In this document: piece by piece, positions 26,198 through 41,074 of the stretch | Numbering within the stretch: position 1 is the stretch's first letter | How the letters are laid out: each line of letters begins with the position of its first letter | NCBI RefSeq assembly: GCF_009914755.1 | Contig: NC_060928.1 | Source of the DNA: the human T2T-CHM13v2.0 reference genome, Homo sapiens | Length of the DNA: 64,000 nucleotides | Direction: 5' to 3' (one strand) | Notes under the pieces: generated by a model | Seen by the model: only the letters and a program-made list of their open reading frames with translations | Told to the model about the DNA's origin: nothing | Database searches by the model: none | Position numbers and translations under genes: made by a program

Positions 26198-28660
26198 CTG
26201 AAAAAGATAGCATACATCACCCCAACACACCAAAGATTTTCTTCAGAAGTCTGAGGTTTCTGTTTTTATTTCACAAAGTCCCATTTTGAAAAAAGTGATT
26301 CCATACAAACAATATGATGAAGTCCAATTAAATTATGACAAAAACTTAGTATAAAATGTAGATTAATGTTCCCCTGGTCTTTAAAATTGGTACCCTGCTT
26401 CTAATTCCCAACCCTTTTAATCCATCTTCCATGCATAGTGTGGCGTTTCTAAAATCTGAATCTTATCAAGCAGTTCTTTGCTTCGAATCTTCCAATTTTT
26501 CCCCAGGACAAAATTTAAGCCCCAAAGCACGGCTTATACATGTTTCATCAGGTGCCTTCACTCTCATTCCCTGCCATTCACTTCCCACATAGGGGGGTCT
26601 TTGCACATGCTGGTAACTTTTTCTCCATTCTGCTTTTCCCAACGACTGCCCACTGTCTGCCTTGCAAGCAGTTTAAGACTCAGCTCTGAAAATCAGCTCT
26701 TTGATGCACCCTCCTCTCACCTAGATACCAAAGGCAGTAACACTCCTACAGCGTGAGTGACAATGTTTTACAGTTTTTCTTGTGTGTCTCCTCTATTAAA
26801 GCACTTGGAAAGCAGGGACCCAGAGTTCTTCAGTACCAAGCATAGTGGCTGACTTATTATAGAGGCCTCACAGATGTTTACAAAGGAAGAGAGACCCTGG
26901 TGGGGTCTACTGGGAAAGCCACCTTCCTCTTACTAGGATATATGACTGCATTTATTACTATTCTTTGTCATCATAAATCTGTAGTTTAAAAGTCTAAGTA
27001 TAGTTGAGGGATAGTGGCAAAAAAGAACTGCCAGCAGATATACCCCGGGAAAACAATCAAAGCTGATATGTAAAGTGACCCACCCTGTGTCTGGTGCCTG
27101 CCAATTTCGTAACTCACATCTCTCTCAGCCAGAAAAGAGTAGATGCATTGGAAGAAAGGAGAGGCCAAAACACTTGTCAGCTACCCAAGGAAGCAGTTAG
27201 ATATCTAGGTTCACAAGAAGACAACGCCCTCACTCCAGGTCATTTAACTCTTAGAATGACTAGGACCAGATGCTAGGCTTAGTGATCTCAAGACAAAATG
27301 TGTTTAAGGGAACACATCAGAAGTAAGAAGCAAGGAACATACAAAGTTCCCAGAGAACTCTACCTTCCAAGAAAGGGTGGTGTATTGCCAGATCACTGAG
27401 AGTGGAACTTAAATCCCTGAGGCCATCTTAGGACATGTTTTTCTCTCTTGGAAACTTGGCTGGAAAACTTACTGGAGGGTAGTCATGGGGAGAAGTGTCA
27501 TCCAGCCCAGGGACAGAAAGAATAGGGTAGAGGTGGGGGCCAAACCATTAAAATCTATGAGTTGAGTATCTTTAACATCACATCTAGAGAGGAGAAAGAT
27601 GCCCTCAGCTCTCCTCCAAAACAAAAAGAACCTGTGTTGTATGCTGGGTAGGTTGCACCTGCCAAGGACTGAGGCTGGGCTTTATGGAATCTGAATCCTA
27701 TGAATATATATGTTTCCATGCTTTTACATTTTGAAGAACTGCACAGAGGTTTTTCAAAAGCCATCTTTTTTTTTGTTTTGGCTTTTGTTTTTGCCTAGTG
27801 TTTTAAAAAACATTCCTATCTTTTCTCTGCCTGAATTAACGGGAAAAAGTATTTGATTAGGTCAGTTTGGTGCCACTGGCAACAGTTCCAGCTGAAACAG
27901 ATAGGAGTGAAAACTGAGACTGGAGATTTAGATTCAGCTATAACTACCATTGTTAAGTACGAGATAAGACTACAAATTCTTGTAGTAACTGACTCTCATG
28001 TTTAACAACCCTCGCTGCCTTTCATCTAACCTAGATCCTCTCTCTAGACTATGTACTGCTTTGCCTTGCACATAATATATTTCAGGAGGACAGAGAGACA
28101 GAGCAAAGCTTGTTTATCCTATTTTGGATTCTCAGGCCTCACACAGAGCCTGGCGTGTGGTAGGGGCTCTCTAAAAAAGTCTTGAGTTGTAATAAATTGA
28201 ATAACAATTTTAATAGTTACGTAAGTTTTTAATAGAAAGTCCTGAGTTGAAACTAAATTTAATAGCTATTTTAACAGTTTAGGTTTATTTCTTCTTTCTT
28301 ATTCAGATTAGAATATCTGTTTTTTTTTTTTGAGTCTTGCTTCTTTTCCTAATGAATTGCTCGAGATACAAAGTGAAGTATCTAAATGGTAAATATGATC
28401 CACTCTAAAAGTAAAACATTTATAGGCCCTACCATCTAAAACGTGGGGACAAAGTTGCTCAAAATTTTAATAAATATAGTTTTAGGAAAGTAAAATAAAA
28501 ACACAGGCTGGGAACAGCATATAGTAAAATCTAAATTGCCAACAGCTGATATCTTACTTTAGGAATCTCTAAGTCTAATAATAATAAGGATCCTGCAAGG
28601 TATCAGAAGTATATGATTTCTTTGTATTTTAATCATGCTTTATTGCCAAATTACACTTAC

Positions 28661-28745
28661 CTTCTGTAGCAAACTGCTCTAAATGTTTTAGGGTAATTTC
28701 TTTGTATTTTGACGTCTCTGCCAGTCGATCATAAATTACAGTGTC
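28661..28745 (-). CDS. ATP8A1: ATP8A1 coding exon, 85 nt, DTVIYDRLAETSKYKEITLKHLEQFATE(G)
   Basis: ttccag|GAC acceptor, AAG|gtaagt donor; lies within track ORF 28629..28862. Confidence 0.96.
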
Positions 28746-30233
28746 CTGGAAAACAAACAGAGGGTAAAATGATTTAATTAAGCATTCTGGGTTTAATAAA
28801 GTTGATGTTGGTAACAATAGCAGTAGGAAATCAGTGTAACAACCACCAATCTCTTTTGGCATTCGTTTTAAAGAACAAGATATTTTTGTCTAATAATACT
28901 ATTTTGCTAGTGACATTAATAAGTCTCTAGTCTTGCATCTTCATCTTTCCTCTTTCTGAATAAAACTGTAGTTATTCCCATGTTCATATCTCATATTCTA
29001 CCTCACTTACCTTCCACATGCTGCAAGATCTACCCTAACCCAGAAGGTTTTCCAGAACACCTTCATAGGTATTCATAGGTGCTGCAAGGAAGAACGGTCC
29101 AGAACTCAAGTAAGTTTGGCAAACACTGGACTGAGCAAAGCAACAGAGCTTGTCTTGCTGGAATAATCCTCGGGGACTTTAAAATGCCAGTGTGCACAGT
29201 GGATCTCGAAGGGCCTACATGCTATGTGCCCCAAACTCGTTGAATCACAGAACTTTTTAGGGTTTAGAGCATGTTTATGGGACCAGTGCTCACAGAAGAA
29301 CAAACTTTAATACAGGACTAAATCCACTGAGAGGGCCAGTGGGTATTGTGGGAGAACCTCGAACAACTCTCGAAATGCCTTAAATAGCTGAATATTTCTG
29401 ATTGTGTCACTTTAGCTTTAAGACTCAGTTTACTTAATCTGTAAAATTTTGTTACCAGATTATGTTTAAAGTCCTTTTCAGCTTTAACTTCATGCATCAC
29501 TTATGCTTCTCTAGTTCTTGCTCTTTTATAAACTGCCTACTATTCATTTAGTTATTATGCAGCTTTGGTTTAGTGCTTTAAGAATTTTAGTGTTCAACCT
29601 TCACGGTTTTATTAGACCAGGAAAAAATAAATCACTTATCTGCAATTACTTTCTCAGTGGTATTACCCATTTTGGGGTCTCCAGTCTCAGGGCTGATATT
29701 TGGAAGCAGACTAATGGAGTATGATTTAGAACCCTTGAGAGAAACACAACTTAGTGACCTCAGAACAGATGGAGTATTCCAAGCCGCAATTCTGAATTTC
29801 TTTTCATTTTTCAGTGATGGAATGGGAAGTGGGGGGCAAAGCGAAAGGAAATGATAGTTTCCCCTCATGGCTCCTTCCTGAGAATGAGAAGAATCATTTG
29901 TAAATTCTTCTTTTAAGAAGAATTAAATTTGAAAATAATATTTTCAATGATATTAATACATTCCATTCTAAAACTAAGAAAATATTTGAAAACATTAAAA
30001 TCATGAAAACAAAAGTGATAAGTAATATAGCTAAAAGGATTAAATTCGGTACTGTATCCAAACATTCTAGCGGAAGACACTGACGTTTAGAATGAGAAAA
30101 ATTAATTTTCTACCTTTATAGTGTTGAGAAAAAGCAGAAGAAAGATGTGGCCTTCTGCATTACATGTATAGTATGTTTTTAAAATGAAAATGGGTCGGCT
30201 AGCCATGCCTACACATGAAAAATGAATAAACAT

Positions 30234-30663
30234 TGTGAAGGTTAATCCTGAGTGTCAACTTGATTGGATTGAAGGATACAAAGTATTGATCCTGGGTGTG
30301 TCTGTGAGGGTGTTACCAAAGGAGATTAACATTTGAGTCAGTGGGCTGGGGAAGGCAGACCCACCCTTAATCTGGGTGGGCACAATCTAGTCAGCTGCCT
30401 GCGAATATAAAGCAGGTAGAAAAATGTGAAATGGCAAGACTGGCCTAGCCTCTCCCGTGCTGGATGCTTCCTGTCCTTGAACATCGGACTCCAAGTTCTT
30501 CAGTTTTGGAACTCAGACTGGCTCTCCTTGCTCCTCAGCCTGCAGGTCCCATGGCCTATTGTGGGACCTTGTGATTGTGTGAGTTAATGCTTAAGAAACT
30601 CCCCTTTATATATATGTATTTATTCTATTAATTCTGTCCCTCTAGAGAACCCTGACTAATACA
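30234..30663 (+). mobile_element. HERV-L 5' LTR (MLT2A1-like)
   Basis: TG..CA ends, 'gagtgtcaacttgattggattgaagg', TATA-like 'gaatataaagc', end 'ctagagaaccctgactaataca'; followed directly by internal sequence. Confidence 0.92.
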
Positions 30664-30668
30664 GATTT

Positions 30669-30683
30669 TGGTACCAAGAGTGG
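30669..30683 (+). promoter_or_regulatory. Primer-binding site (tRNA-Leu type)
   Basis: TGGTACCAAGAGTGG 5 nt after the LTR; near-complementary to the recalled tRNA-Leu 3' end, as expected for HERV-L. Confidence 0.75.
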
Positions 30684-33600
30684 CTCTAGAGGAACAGAAT
30701 ATTAAGATGGAGTTCTTTCATTGGTTTTGGGGTTTCTGGAGGTGGCTGCTTAATATGATTAGACCCCAAAATGCTAAGGACTCTACCTGTAGTATGGAGA
30801 ACACTGATAGTCCTTGGCATAAACTGGAGAGTTATGTAAAATAAATGCATTTGACATTCCTGATTCTTCTTTCATGACAGACAATGAGTTTAGTGACTCT
30901 ATACATAATACCTTTGGCCATATGTGGAGAACCAAGGAACATAATGAAGCTGGTTGGTTGCTCCTAAGTTCAGTGGACAAAGTAATGAAAGAAAATGATG
31001 AACTCAGGGATTCTATCTCCTGGCTTCAGAAGCAGATACTGAGTCTCAAATCTGCTAAGACTGCCCTGAGTGAGAGTCTTATCTCCTGCAGGGAAAGAGC
31101 TGAAATTGTGGAAAAACAGACACAAGCTGTTATCATGCGAATGGCTGACCCGCAAGGAAAGGTGCATGCGTAGCCTCAACAGGTGTCTACTGTTAAAGGG
31201 AGGACATTGATTGGAAAAGAATGGGACCCCGCAACTTGGAATGGGGACGTGTGGGAGGACCCTGATGAAGCTGGGGACACTGAGTTTGTAAACTCTGATG
31301 AACCTTTTTTGCCAGAAGTAACAGCTTCCCCATCCCCAGTAGGGGCAACTTCCCCTCTCTGAACCATGTTGCCATCAGCCTTTCCACTTTTGTCTGAGGA
31401 GATAAAGCCTGTGCTGCCTGAGGTAACAACGATGGCCTCCCCTGAAGCAGTTGCCAGGCAAGATGATGTTGATTCTCTTCTGGACCCACCCCCAACACCC
31501 CTGTTTGCTTCTAGACCTATAACTAGACTAAAGTCCCAGCGAGTCCCTAGACGTGAGGATGAGAGTGTGACTCATGAGGAGATGCACTACACTCAAAAGG
31601 AATTGCCTGAGTTTTCAAATTTATATAAGCAGAAAACTTCTAGGTCGAATGGATAAAAGACTAATTTTGAGTTACAAAAACAGAGAATCACAGTCCCTCA
31701 ATCAATTTCCAAACTTGAGCCAGTTTATAGACCCAGAACCCCTTGAATGAAGGGGAGGCTGGGTACCCTAGAGGAAGGACTCCACTACATAACCGACAAT
31801 TTATGCTGTTAATCCTTCTCCCATCCTTCCCCAGAGAGACCTCTGGCCTTTTACCAGGGTAACTTTGCACTGGGGAAAGGGAAATGATCAGACATTTTGG
31901 GGACTACTGGACACTGGCTCTGAGCTGGTGATGATTCCAGGGGACCCAAAATGTCATTGTGGTCCTCCAGTTAAAATAGGGGTTTATGGTGGTCAGGTAA
32001 TTAATGGAGTTTTAGCTCAGGTCTGACTTGCAGTGGGTCCAGTGGGTCTCCGGGCTCATCCTGTGGTCATTTCCCTGATGCCAGAATGCATAATTGGCAT
32101 AGACATACTTAGCAACTGGCAGGATCCCCACATTGGCTCCCTGACTGGTAGGGTGAGGGCTATTACGGTGGGAAAGGCCAAATGGAAGCCATGAGAGCTG
32201 CCTCTCCCTAGAAAAATAGTAAATCAAAAACAATATCACATCCCTGGAGGGATTACAGAGATTAGTGCCACCATCAAGGACTTGAAAGACGCAGGGGTGG
32301 TGATTCCCACCACATCCCCATTCAACTCTCCCATCTGGCCTGTGCAGAAGACACATGGATCTTGGGGAATGACAGTGGATTATCAGAAGTTTAACCAAGT
32401 GGTGACTCCAATTGTAGCTGCTGTACCAGATGTGGTTTCATTGCTTGAGCATATTAACACATCTCCTGGTATCTGGTATGCAACCACCGACTTGGCAAAT
32501 TCCTTTTTCTCCACTCCTGCCTATAAGGCCCACCAAGCAATTTGCCTTCAACATACCTTTACTGTCCTACCCCAAGGGCATATCAACTCTCCTGCTTTGT
32601 GTCATGATCTTATTCAGTGAGACCTTGATTGCTTTTCACTTCCACAAGATATCACACTGGTCCATCACACTGATGACATTATGCTGATTGGATCCAGTGA
32701 GCAAGAAGTAGCAAACACACTGGACTTATTGGTGAGATATTTGTGTGCCAGAGGATGGGAAATAAACCTGACTAAAATTAAGGGACCTTCTACCCCAGTA
32801 AAATTTCTAGGGGTCCAGTGGTGTGGGGGCTGTTGAGATATTCCTTCTAAGGTGAAGGATAAGTTGTTGCATTTGGCCCCTCCTACAATGAGAGGCACAA
32901 TGCCTAGTGGGCTTATGTGGATTTTGGAGGCATCACATTCCTTATCTAGGTGTGTTACTCTGGCCCATTTATCAAGTGACCCTAAAGGCCACTGGACCCC
33001 AGTTTTGAGTGGGGTCCAGAACGGACACAGGTCCAGGCTGCTGTACAAGCTGCTCTGCCACTTGGTCCATATGACCTAGCAGATTCAATGGTATTTGAGG
33101 TGTCAGTGGCAGACGGGGATGCTGTTTGGAGCCTTTGGCAGGCCCCCATAGGTGAATCACAGTGGAGGCATCTAGGATTTTGGAGCAAGGCCCTGCCATA
33201 ATCTGCAGGTAACTACTCTCCTTTTGAGAGACAGCTCTTGGCTTGTTACTGGGCTTTGGTGGAAACTGAACATTTGACCATGGGTCATCAAGTCACGATG
33301 CGACCTGAACTGCGTATCATGAACTGGGTACTTTCTGACCCATCTAGCCATCAAGTGGGTCATGCACCAGCAGCACTGCATCATCAAATTGAAGTGGTAT
33401 ATACGTGATCAGGCTTGAGCAGGTCCTGAAGGCACAAGTAAGTTATGTGAGGAAGTGCCTCAAATGCCCATGGTCTCCACTCCTACCACTGTGCCTTCTC
33501 TTCCCCAGCCTGCACCGATGGCCTCATGGGGAGTTCCCTATGATCCAGTTGACAGAGGAAGAGAAGACTAGGGCCTGGTTCACAGATGGTTCTGCACGAT

Positions 33601-34572
33601 ATGCAGGCACTACCCGAAAGTAGACAGCTGAAGCACGACAGCCCCTTTCTAGGACATCCCTGAGGGACAGTGGTGAGGTGAAATCTTCCCGGTGGGCAGC
33701 ACTTCAAGCAGTGCAGCTGGTTGTGCACTTTGCATGGAAAGAGAAATGGCCAGATGTGTGATTATATACTGATTCATGGGCTGTAGCCAATGGTTTGGCT
33801 GGATGGTCAGGGACTTGGAAGAAGCATGACTGGAAAATTGGTGACAAAGAAATCTGGGGAAGAAGTATGTGGATGGACCTCTGAGTGGTCAAAAACCGTG
33901 AAGATATTTGTATCCCATGTGAGTGCTCACCAACGGGTAATCTCAGCAGAGGAGGAGTTTAATAATCAAGTGGATAGGATGAACTGTTCTGTGGACACCA
34001 CTCAGCCTCTTTCCCCAGCCACCCCTGTCATTACCCAATGGGCCCATGAACAAAGTGGCCATGGTGGCAAGGATGGAGGTTACGCATGGGCTCAGCAACA
34101 TGGACTTCTACTCACCAAGGATGACCTGGCTATGGCCACTGCTGAGTGCCCAATTTGCCAGCCGCAGAGACCAGCACTGAGCCCTTGATATGGCACCATT
34201 CCTTGGGGTGATCAGCCAGCCACCTGGTGGCAGATTTTTGCATCATGAAAAGGGCAGAGGTTTATCCTCACTGGAACAGACACTTACTCTGGATATGGGT
34301 TTGCCTATCCTGCACGCAGTGCTTCTGCCAAGACTACCATCTGTGGACTCAAGATCTTCCACACAGTACTGCCTCTGACCAAGGCACTTACTAAAGAAGT
34401 GTGGCAGTGGGCTCATGCATCCACTGTCACAGTATTCCACACAGCACTGCCTCTGGCCAAGGCACTCACTTTATGGCTAAAGACGTGTGGCAGTGGGCTC
34501 ACTGGTCTTACCATGGAACTCACTGGTCTTACCATGTTCCCATCATCCTGAAGCAGCTAGATTGATAGAAGG

Positions 34573-35316
34573 GTGGAATGGCCTTTTGAGTTACAATTAC
34601 AGTGCCAACTAGGTGACAACACTTTGCAGGGCCGGAGCAAAGTTCTCCAGAAGGCCGTGTATGCTCTGAATCAGCATCCAATATATGGTACTGTTTCTCC
34701 CATAGCCAGGATTCAGGGGTCCAGGAATCAAGGGGTGGAAGTGGAAGTGGCACCACTCACCATCACTCCTAGTGATCCACTAGCAACATTTTTGCTTCCT
34801 GTTCCTGCGACATTATGTTCTGCTGGCCTAGAGGTCTTAGTTCCAGAGGGAGGAACACTGTTATCAGGAGACACAACAATGATTCAATTAAACTGGAAGT
34901 TAAGATTGCCACCTGGACACTTTGGGCTCCTCCTACCTTTAAGTCAACAGGCTAAGGGAGTTACAGTGTTGGCTGGGGTGACTGACCCAGACTACCAAGA
35001 TGAAATCAGTCTACTGCTCCATAACAGAGGTAGGGAAGAGTATGTACGGAATACAGCGAATCCATTAGGGCGACTCTTAGTATTACCATGCCCTGTGATT
35101 AAGGTCAATGGGAAACTACAACAGCCCAATCCAGGCAGGACTACAAATGGTCCAGACCCTTCAGGAATGAAGGTTTGGGTCACTCCACCAGGAAAAAAAC
35201 CACAACCTGCTGAGGTGCTTGCTGAAGGCAAAGGGAAAACAGAATGGGTAGCAGAAGAGGGCAGTCAACAATACCAGTTACGACTACATGACCAGCTGCA
35301 GAAACAAAGACTGTAA
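34573..35316 (+). pseudogene. Open remnant of HERV-L pol: integrase C-terminus plus dUTPase-like domain (247 codons, GTG start)
   Basis: SAGLEV, KLRLPPGHFGLL and AGVTDPDYQDEISLLLHN align with dUTPase motifs 1-3; dUTPase downstream of IN is characteristic of ERV-L. Confidence 0.8.
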
Positions 35317-35731
35317 CTGTCATGAGTATTTCCTCACCAATTCCCCAGCTAACATCATATTGAAAAGGGAAAAGCTGAAAGCTTTCCTCCAAGAACTGGA
35401 ACAAGATGAGGAAGCCCTCTTTCTTCACAGCTATTCAAAATAGTACTGGAAGTCAAGGCCAGAGCAATCAACAAGAGAAAAAAATAAAAGGAATACAAAT
35501 TGGAAAAGAGGAAGTCAAATTGTTCCTCTTTGCTGATGACATATCTTATATCTGCAAAAAACTGAAGACTCTAACAAAAAACTTAAATTTTAATAAATGA
35601 ATTCAGTCAAGTTGCAGGATACAAAATCAATGTACAAAAATCAGTAGCACTTCTATATACCAACAATATCTAGATGAGAAAGAAAAAAGCCAATCCCATT
35701 TACAACAGTCATAAAAAACATAAAATACCAG

Positions 35732-36042
35732 GGCCAGGTGCGGTGGCTCACACCTGTAATCCTAGCAGTTTGGGAGGCTGAGGTAGGCATTCAAGACCTG
35801 CCTGAGCAACAAGGTGAAACCCCACCTCTACAAAAAACACAAAAAAGTTAGCCAGGTGTGGTGGTGCGTGCTTGCAGTCCCAGTTACTCGGGAGTATGAG
35901 GTGGAAGGATCATGTGAGCACAGGAAGTCAAGGCTGCAGTGAGCCATGATCATACCACTGCACTCCAGCCTGGGCAGCAGAGTGAGACCCTGCCTCAAAA
36001 AAATACACACACACACAGACACAGACACACAGACACACACAC
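35732..36042 (+). mobile_element. AluJ with CA-repeat tail
   Basis: 'gtcaaggctgcagtgagccatgatc'; TSD acataaaatac. Confidence 0.92.
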
Positions 36043-36104
36043 ACATAAAATACACGGGAATAAATTTAACCAAGGAGGTGAAAGATCTCTATAAGAAAAA
36101 CAAA

Positions 36105-36988
<884 letters not shown>

Positions 36989-39900
36989 TGAACTTTTGCT
37001 CCAAGAACTACCACATGAACATATCAGGAAAGCCAAGAGAATCCACACTTTTTGAAGGAGGAAGACTGCTGCTGCAGGCTCCATGGGACAGCTGAGGGAC
37101 TGTGAGTCAGCTTGCTTTCTCAGCTGGGAAGCTTGTAGCTGGGGGCAAGTTCTCAGCCCTGCTCACTGGCTGCTTGGGAACAAACTTGGTGCTGTTGGGG
37201 GTGCACAGTGGGAGTGAGACCAGCCTTTTGGGCTGCAGGCTACATGGGTGCTGGGTAAGTCCTGTGGCTGCCAGCTTTTCCCCACTTCCCTGGTGATGTG
37301 TGTGATGCAGCAGAGGCAGCCATAATCCCCCTGGGAACATAACTCCATTGGCCTGGGAACCGCACCCCCATCCCCACAGCAGCCTCATCAAGTCCCACCC
37401 AAGGAGAGTCTCAGCTCAGACATGCCTGACTCTGCCCCTAGCTGATAGTCTTTGTCTACCTGCCCTGGTAGCCCAAGACAAAGGACATCTCTTGGGAGCT
37501 CTATGGCTTCACACCTACTGCCTGACCCTAGGGCAAGCTTGCATCCTCCCTATACTATAGCAGCTGATGAGCTCTTGAAAGTGCCACCTCCTGGCTGGAG
37601 GCCAACCAAAACAAAACCAGCACACTTAACAAAAATACAACCAAGGACCCTCTCCAAGTCTACTTCACTACCCTGCTACCTCCACCAAAGCAGGTGCTGG
37701 TATCCACAGCTGAGAGACCTGAAGATGGATCATATCACAGGGCTTTGTGCAGACACTCCCCAGGACCAGCCCAGAGTCTGGTATCTCTGTGGGGTGGCTA
37801 GATCAAGAACGGAAATAACAATCACTGCCGTTTGGCTCTCAGTAAGCCCCATCCCTAGAGGAAGGGGGAGAACACCAAATCAAGGGAGTACTCCATGGGA
37901 TGAAAGAATCTAAACAGTTGCCCTTGAGCCCCAGATCTTCCCTCTGACATAGTCTACCCAAATGAGAAGGAACCAGAAAAACAATTCTGGTAATATGACA
38001 AAACAAGGTTCTTTAATACCCCAAAAGATCATGCTAAGTCACCACAATGGATCCAATTCAAGAAGAAATCTCTGAATTGCCAGAAACAGAATTCAGAAGG
38101 TCAATTATTAAGCTAATCAATGAGGCACCAGAGAAAGGTGAAGTCTAACTTAAATAAATCCAAAAAATGATGCAGGATATGACTGGAAAAATCTCCAGTG
38201 AAACAGATAGCATAAATAAAAAACAATCACAACCTCTGGAAATGAAGGCCGCACTTAGAGAAATGGAAAGTCTCAACAACAGATTTGAACAAGTAGAAAA
38301 AAGAACTTCAGAGCTCAAAGACAGGGCTTTTAAATTACCCCAATCTGACAAAGATAAAGAAAAAAGAATTTAAAAAAAATGAACAAAGCCTCCAACAAGT
38401 TTGGGATTGTGTTAAACGACCAAACCTAAGAATAATTGGTGTTCCTAAGGAAGAGAAATCTAAAAGTTTGGAAAACATATTTGAAGGAATCATCGAGGAA
38501 AATTTCCCTGGCCTTGCTAGAGATCTAGACATCCAAATACAAGAAACTCAAAGAACACCTGAGAAATACATCACAAAAAGATCATCACCTCGGCACATAG
38601 TCGGCAGGTTATCTAAAGTCAAGATGAAGAAAAAAATCTTAAGAGCTATGAGGCAAAAACATCAGGTAACCTATAAATGAAAACCTATCAGATTAACAGC
38701 AGATTTCTCAGCAGAAACCCTGCAAGTTAGAAGGAATTGAGGACCTACCTTTAGCCTCAAATAAAACAATTATCGGCCAAGAATTTTGTATCCAGCGAAA
38801 CTAAGCTTCATAAATGAAGGAAAGATACAGTCTTTTTCGGAAAAACAAATGCTCAGAGAATTTGCCACTACCAAGCCAGCAGTATAAGAACTCTAAAAGG
38901 AGTCTAAATCTGGAAACAAATCCTTGAAATACACCAAAATAGAACTTCCTTAAAGCATAAATCTCACAGGACCTGTAAAATAATAACACAATGAAAAAAA
39001 AAGGTATTCAGGCAACAAATAGTATGATGAATAGAATAGAACCTTACGTGTCAATACTAACATTGAATGTAAATGGATAAGAATTCACCAACCAAGTATC
39101 TGCTGTCTTTGAGAGACTTACCTGACATATTAGGGCTCATAAAACTTAAGGTAAAAGGGTGGAAAAAGATATTCTATGCAAATGGACACCAAAAGCAAGC
39201 AGGAGTAGCTATTCTTATACTAGACAAAACAAACATAAAGCAACAGCAGTAAAAGACAAAGAGGGACATTATATAATGACAAAAGGACTAATCCAACAGG
39301 AAATATCACAATCCTAAATATATATGCACTTAACACTGGAGCTCCCAAATTTATAAAACAATTAGTACTAGACTTATGAAAGGGGATAGACAGCAGCACA
39401 ATAATAGTGGGGGACTTCAAATACTCCAGTGACAGCACTAGATAGGTCATCAAGACAGAAAGTCAACAAAGAAACAATGGACGTAAATTGTACTCTCGAA
39501 CAAATGGACTTAACAGATATTTACAGAACATTGTACCCAACAAATGCTGAATATACATTCTATTCATCAGCACATGGAACATTCTCCAAGATAGACCACA
39601 TGATAGACCACAAAACAAGTCTCAACAAATTTAAGAAATTAGAAATTATAGCAAGTACTATCTTAGACCACAGTGGAATCAAATTGGAAATCAACTCCAA
39701 AAGGAAACTTCAAAACCATGCAAATACATGAAAATTAAATAACCTGCTCCTGAATGATCACTGGGTCAACAATGAAATCAAGATGGAAATTAAAAAATGA
39801 CTTGAACTGAATAATAGTGACACAAACTATCAAAACCTCTGGGACACAGCACAAGGGGTGCTAAGGGGAAAGTTCATAGCATTAAATGTCTACATCAAAA

Positions 39901-40739
39901 AGTCTGAAAGAGCACAAACAGACAATCTAAGGTCACACCTCAAGGAACTAGGGGAACAAGAGCAAACCAACCCCAAACCCAGCAGAATAAATTACCAAGA
40001 TCAGAGCAGAACTAAATGAAATTGAAACAACAACTATAAAATATAAATTAAACAAAAAGCTGGTTCTTTGAAAAGATAAATAACATCGATAGACCATTAG
40101 TGAGATTAACCAAGAAAATAAGAGAGAAGATCCAAATAAGCTCAGTTAGAAACAAAATAGGAGATACTATAATGTAACCAATACGACCAAAGTACAAAAG
40201 ATCATTCAAGGCTACTGTGAACACCTCTATGTGCATAAACTAGAAAACCCAGAGGAGATGGACAAATTCCTGGAAATATACAACCCTCCTAGATTAAACC
40301 AGGAAGATACAGAATCTCTGAACAGATCAGCAGCAAGACTGAAATGGTAATTAAAAAGTTACCAACAAAAAAGGTCCAGGACCAGACTAATTCACAGCTG
40401 AATTCTATCACACATTCAAAGAAGAACTGGTACCAATCCTATTGACACTATTCCAAAAGACAGAGAAAGAGGGAATCCTTTCAGAGTCATTCTATGAAGC
40501 CACTATCCCCCAATACCAAAACCAGGAAAGGATAAAACAAAAAAAACTACAGACCGATATCCCTGATGAACATACACACAAAAGTCCTCAACAAAACTTG
40601 CTAACTGAATCCAGCAGCATATCAAAAAGATAATCCACCAGGATCAAGTGGGTTTCATACCAGGGATGCAGAGATGGTTTAACATCTGCAAGTCAATAAA
40701 TGTGACACACCACATAAACAGAATTAAAAACAAAAACCA

Positions 40740-41074
<335 letters not shown>

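Larger units (their letters stand above)
30664..35335 (+). mobile_element. HERV-L internal region (defective gag-pro-RT-RNaseH-IN-dUTPase, no env, 3'-truncated)
   Basis: gag fragments (ORFs 30874, 31366); protease LLDTGS (DTG 31910-31918); RT SPFNSPIWPV, LPQG and HTDD (32666-32677); RNase H WFTDGS and YTDSW; integrase HEQSGH..CPIC; dUTPase GVTDPDYQDEI. Many stops and frameshifts. Confidence 0.93.
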
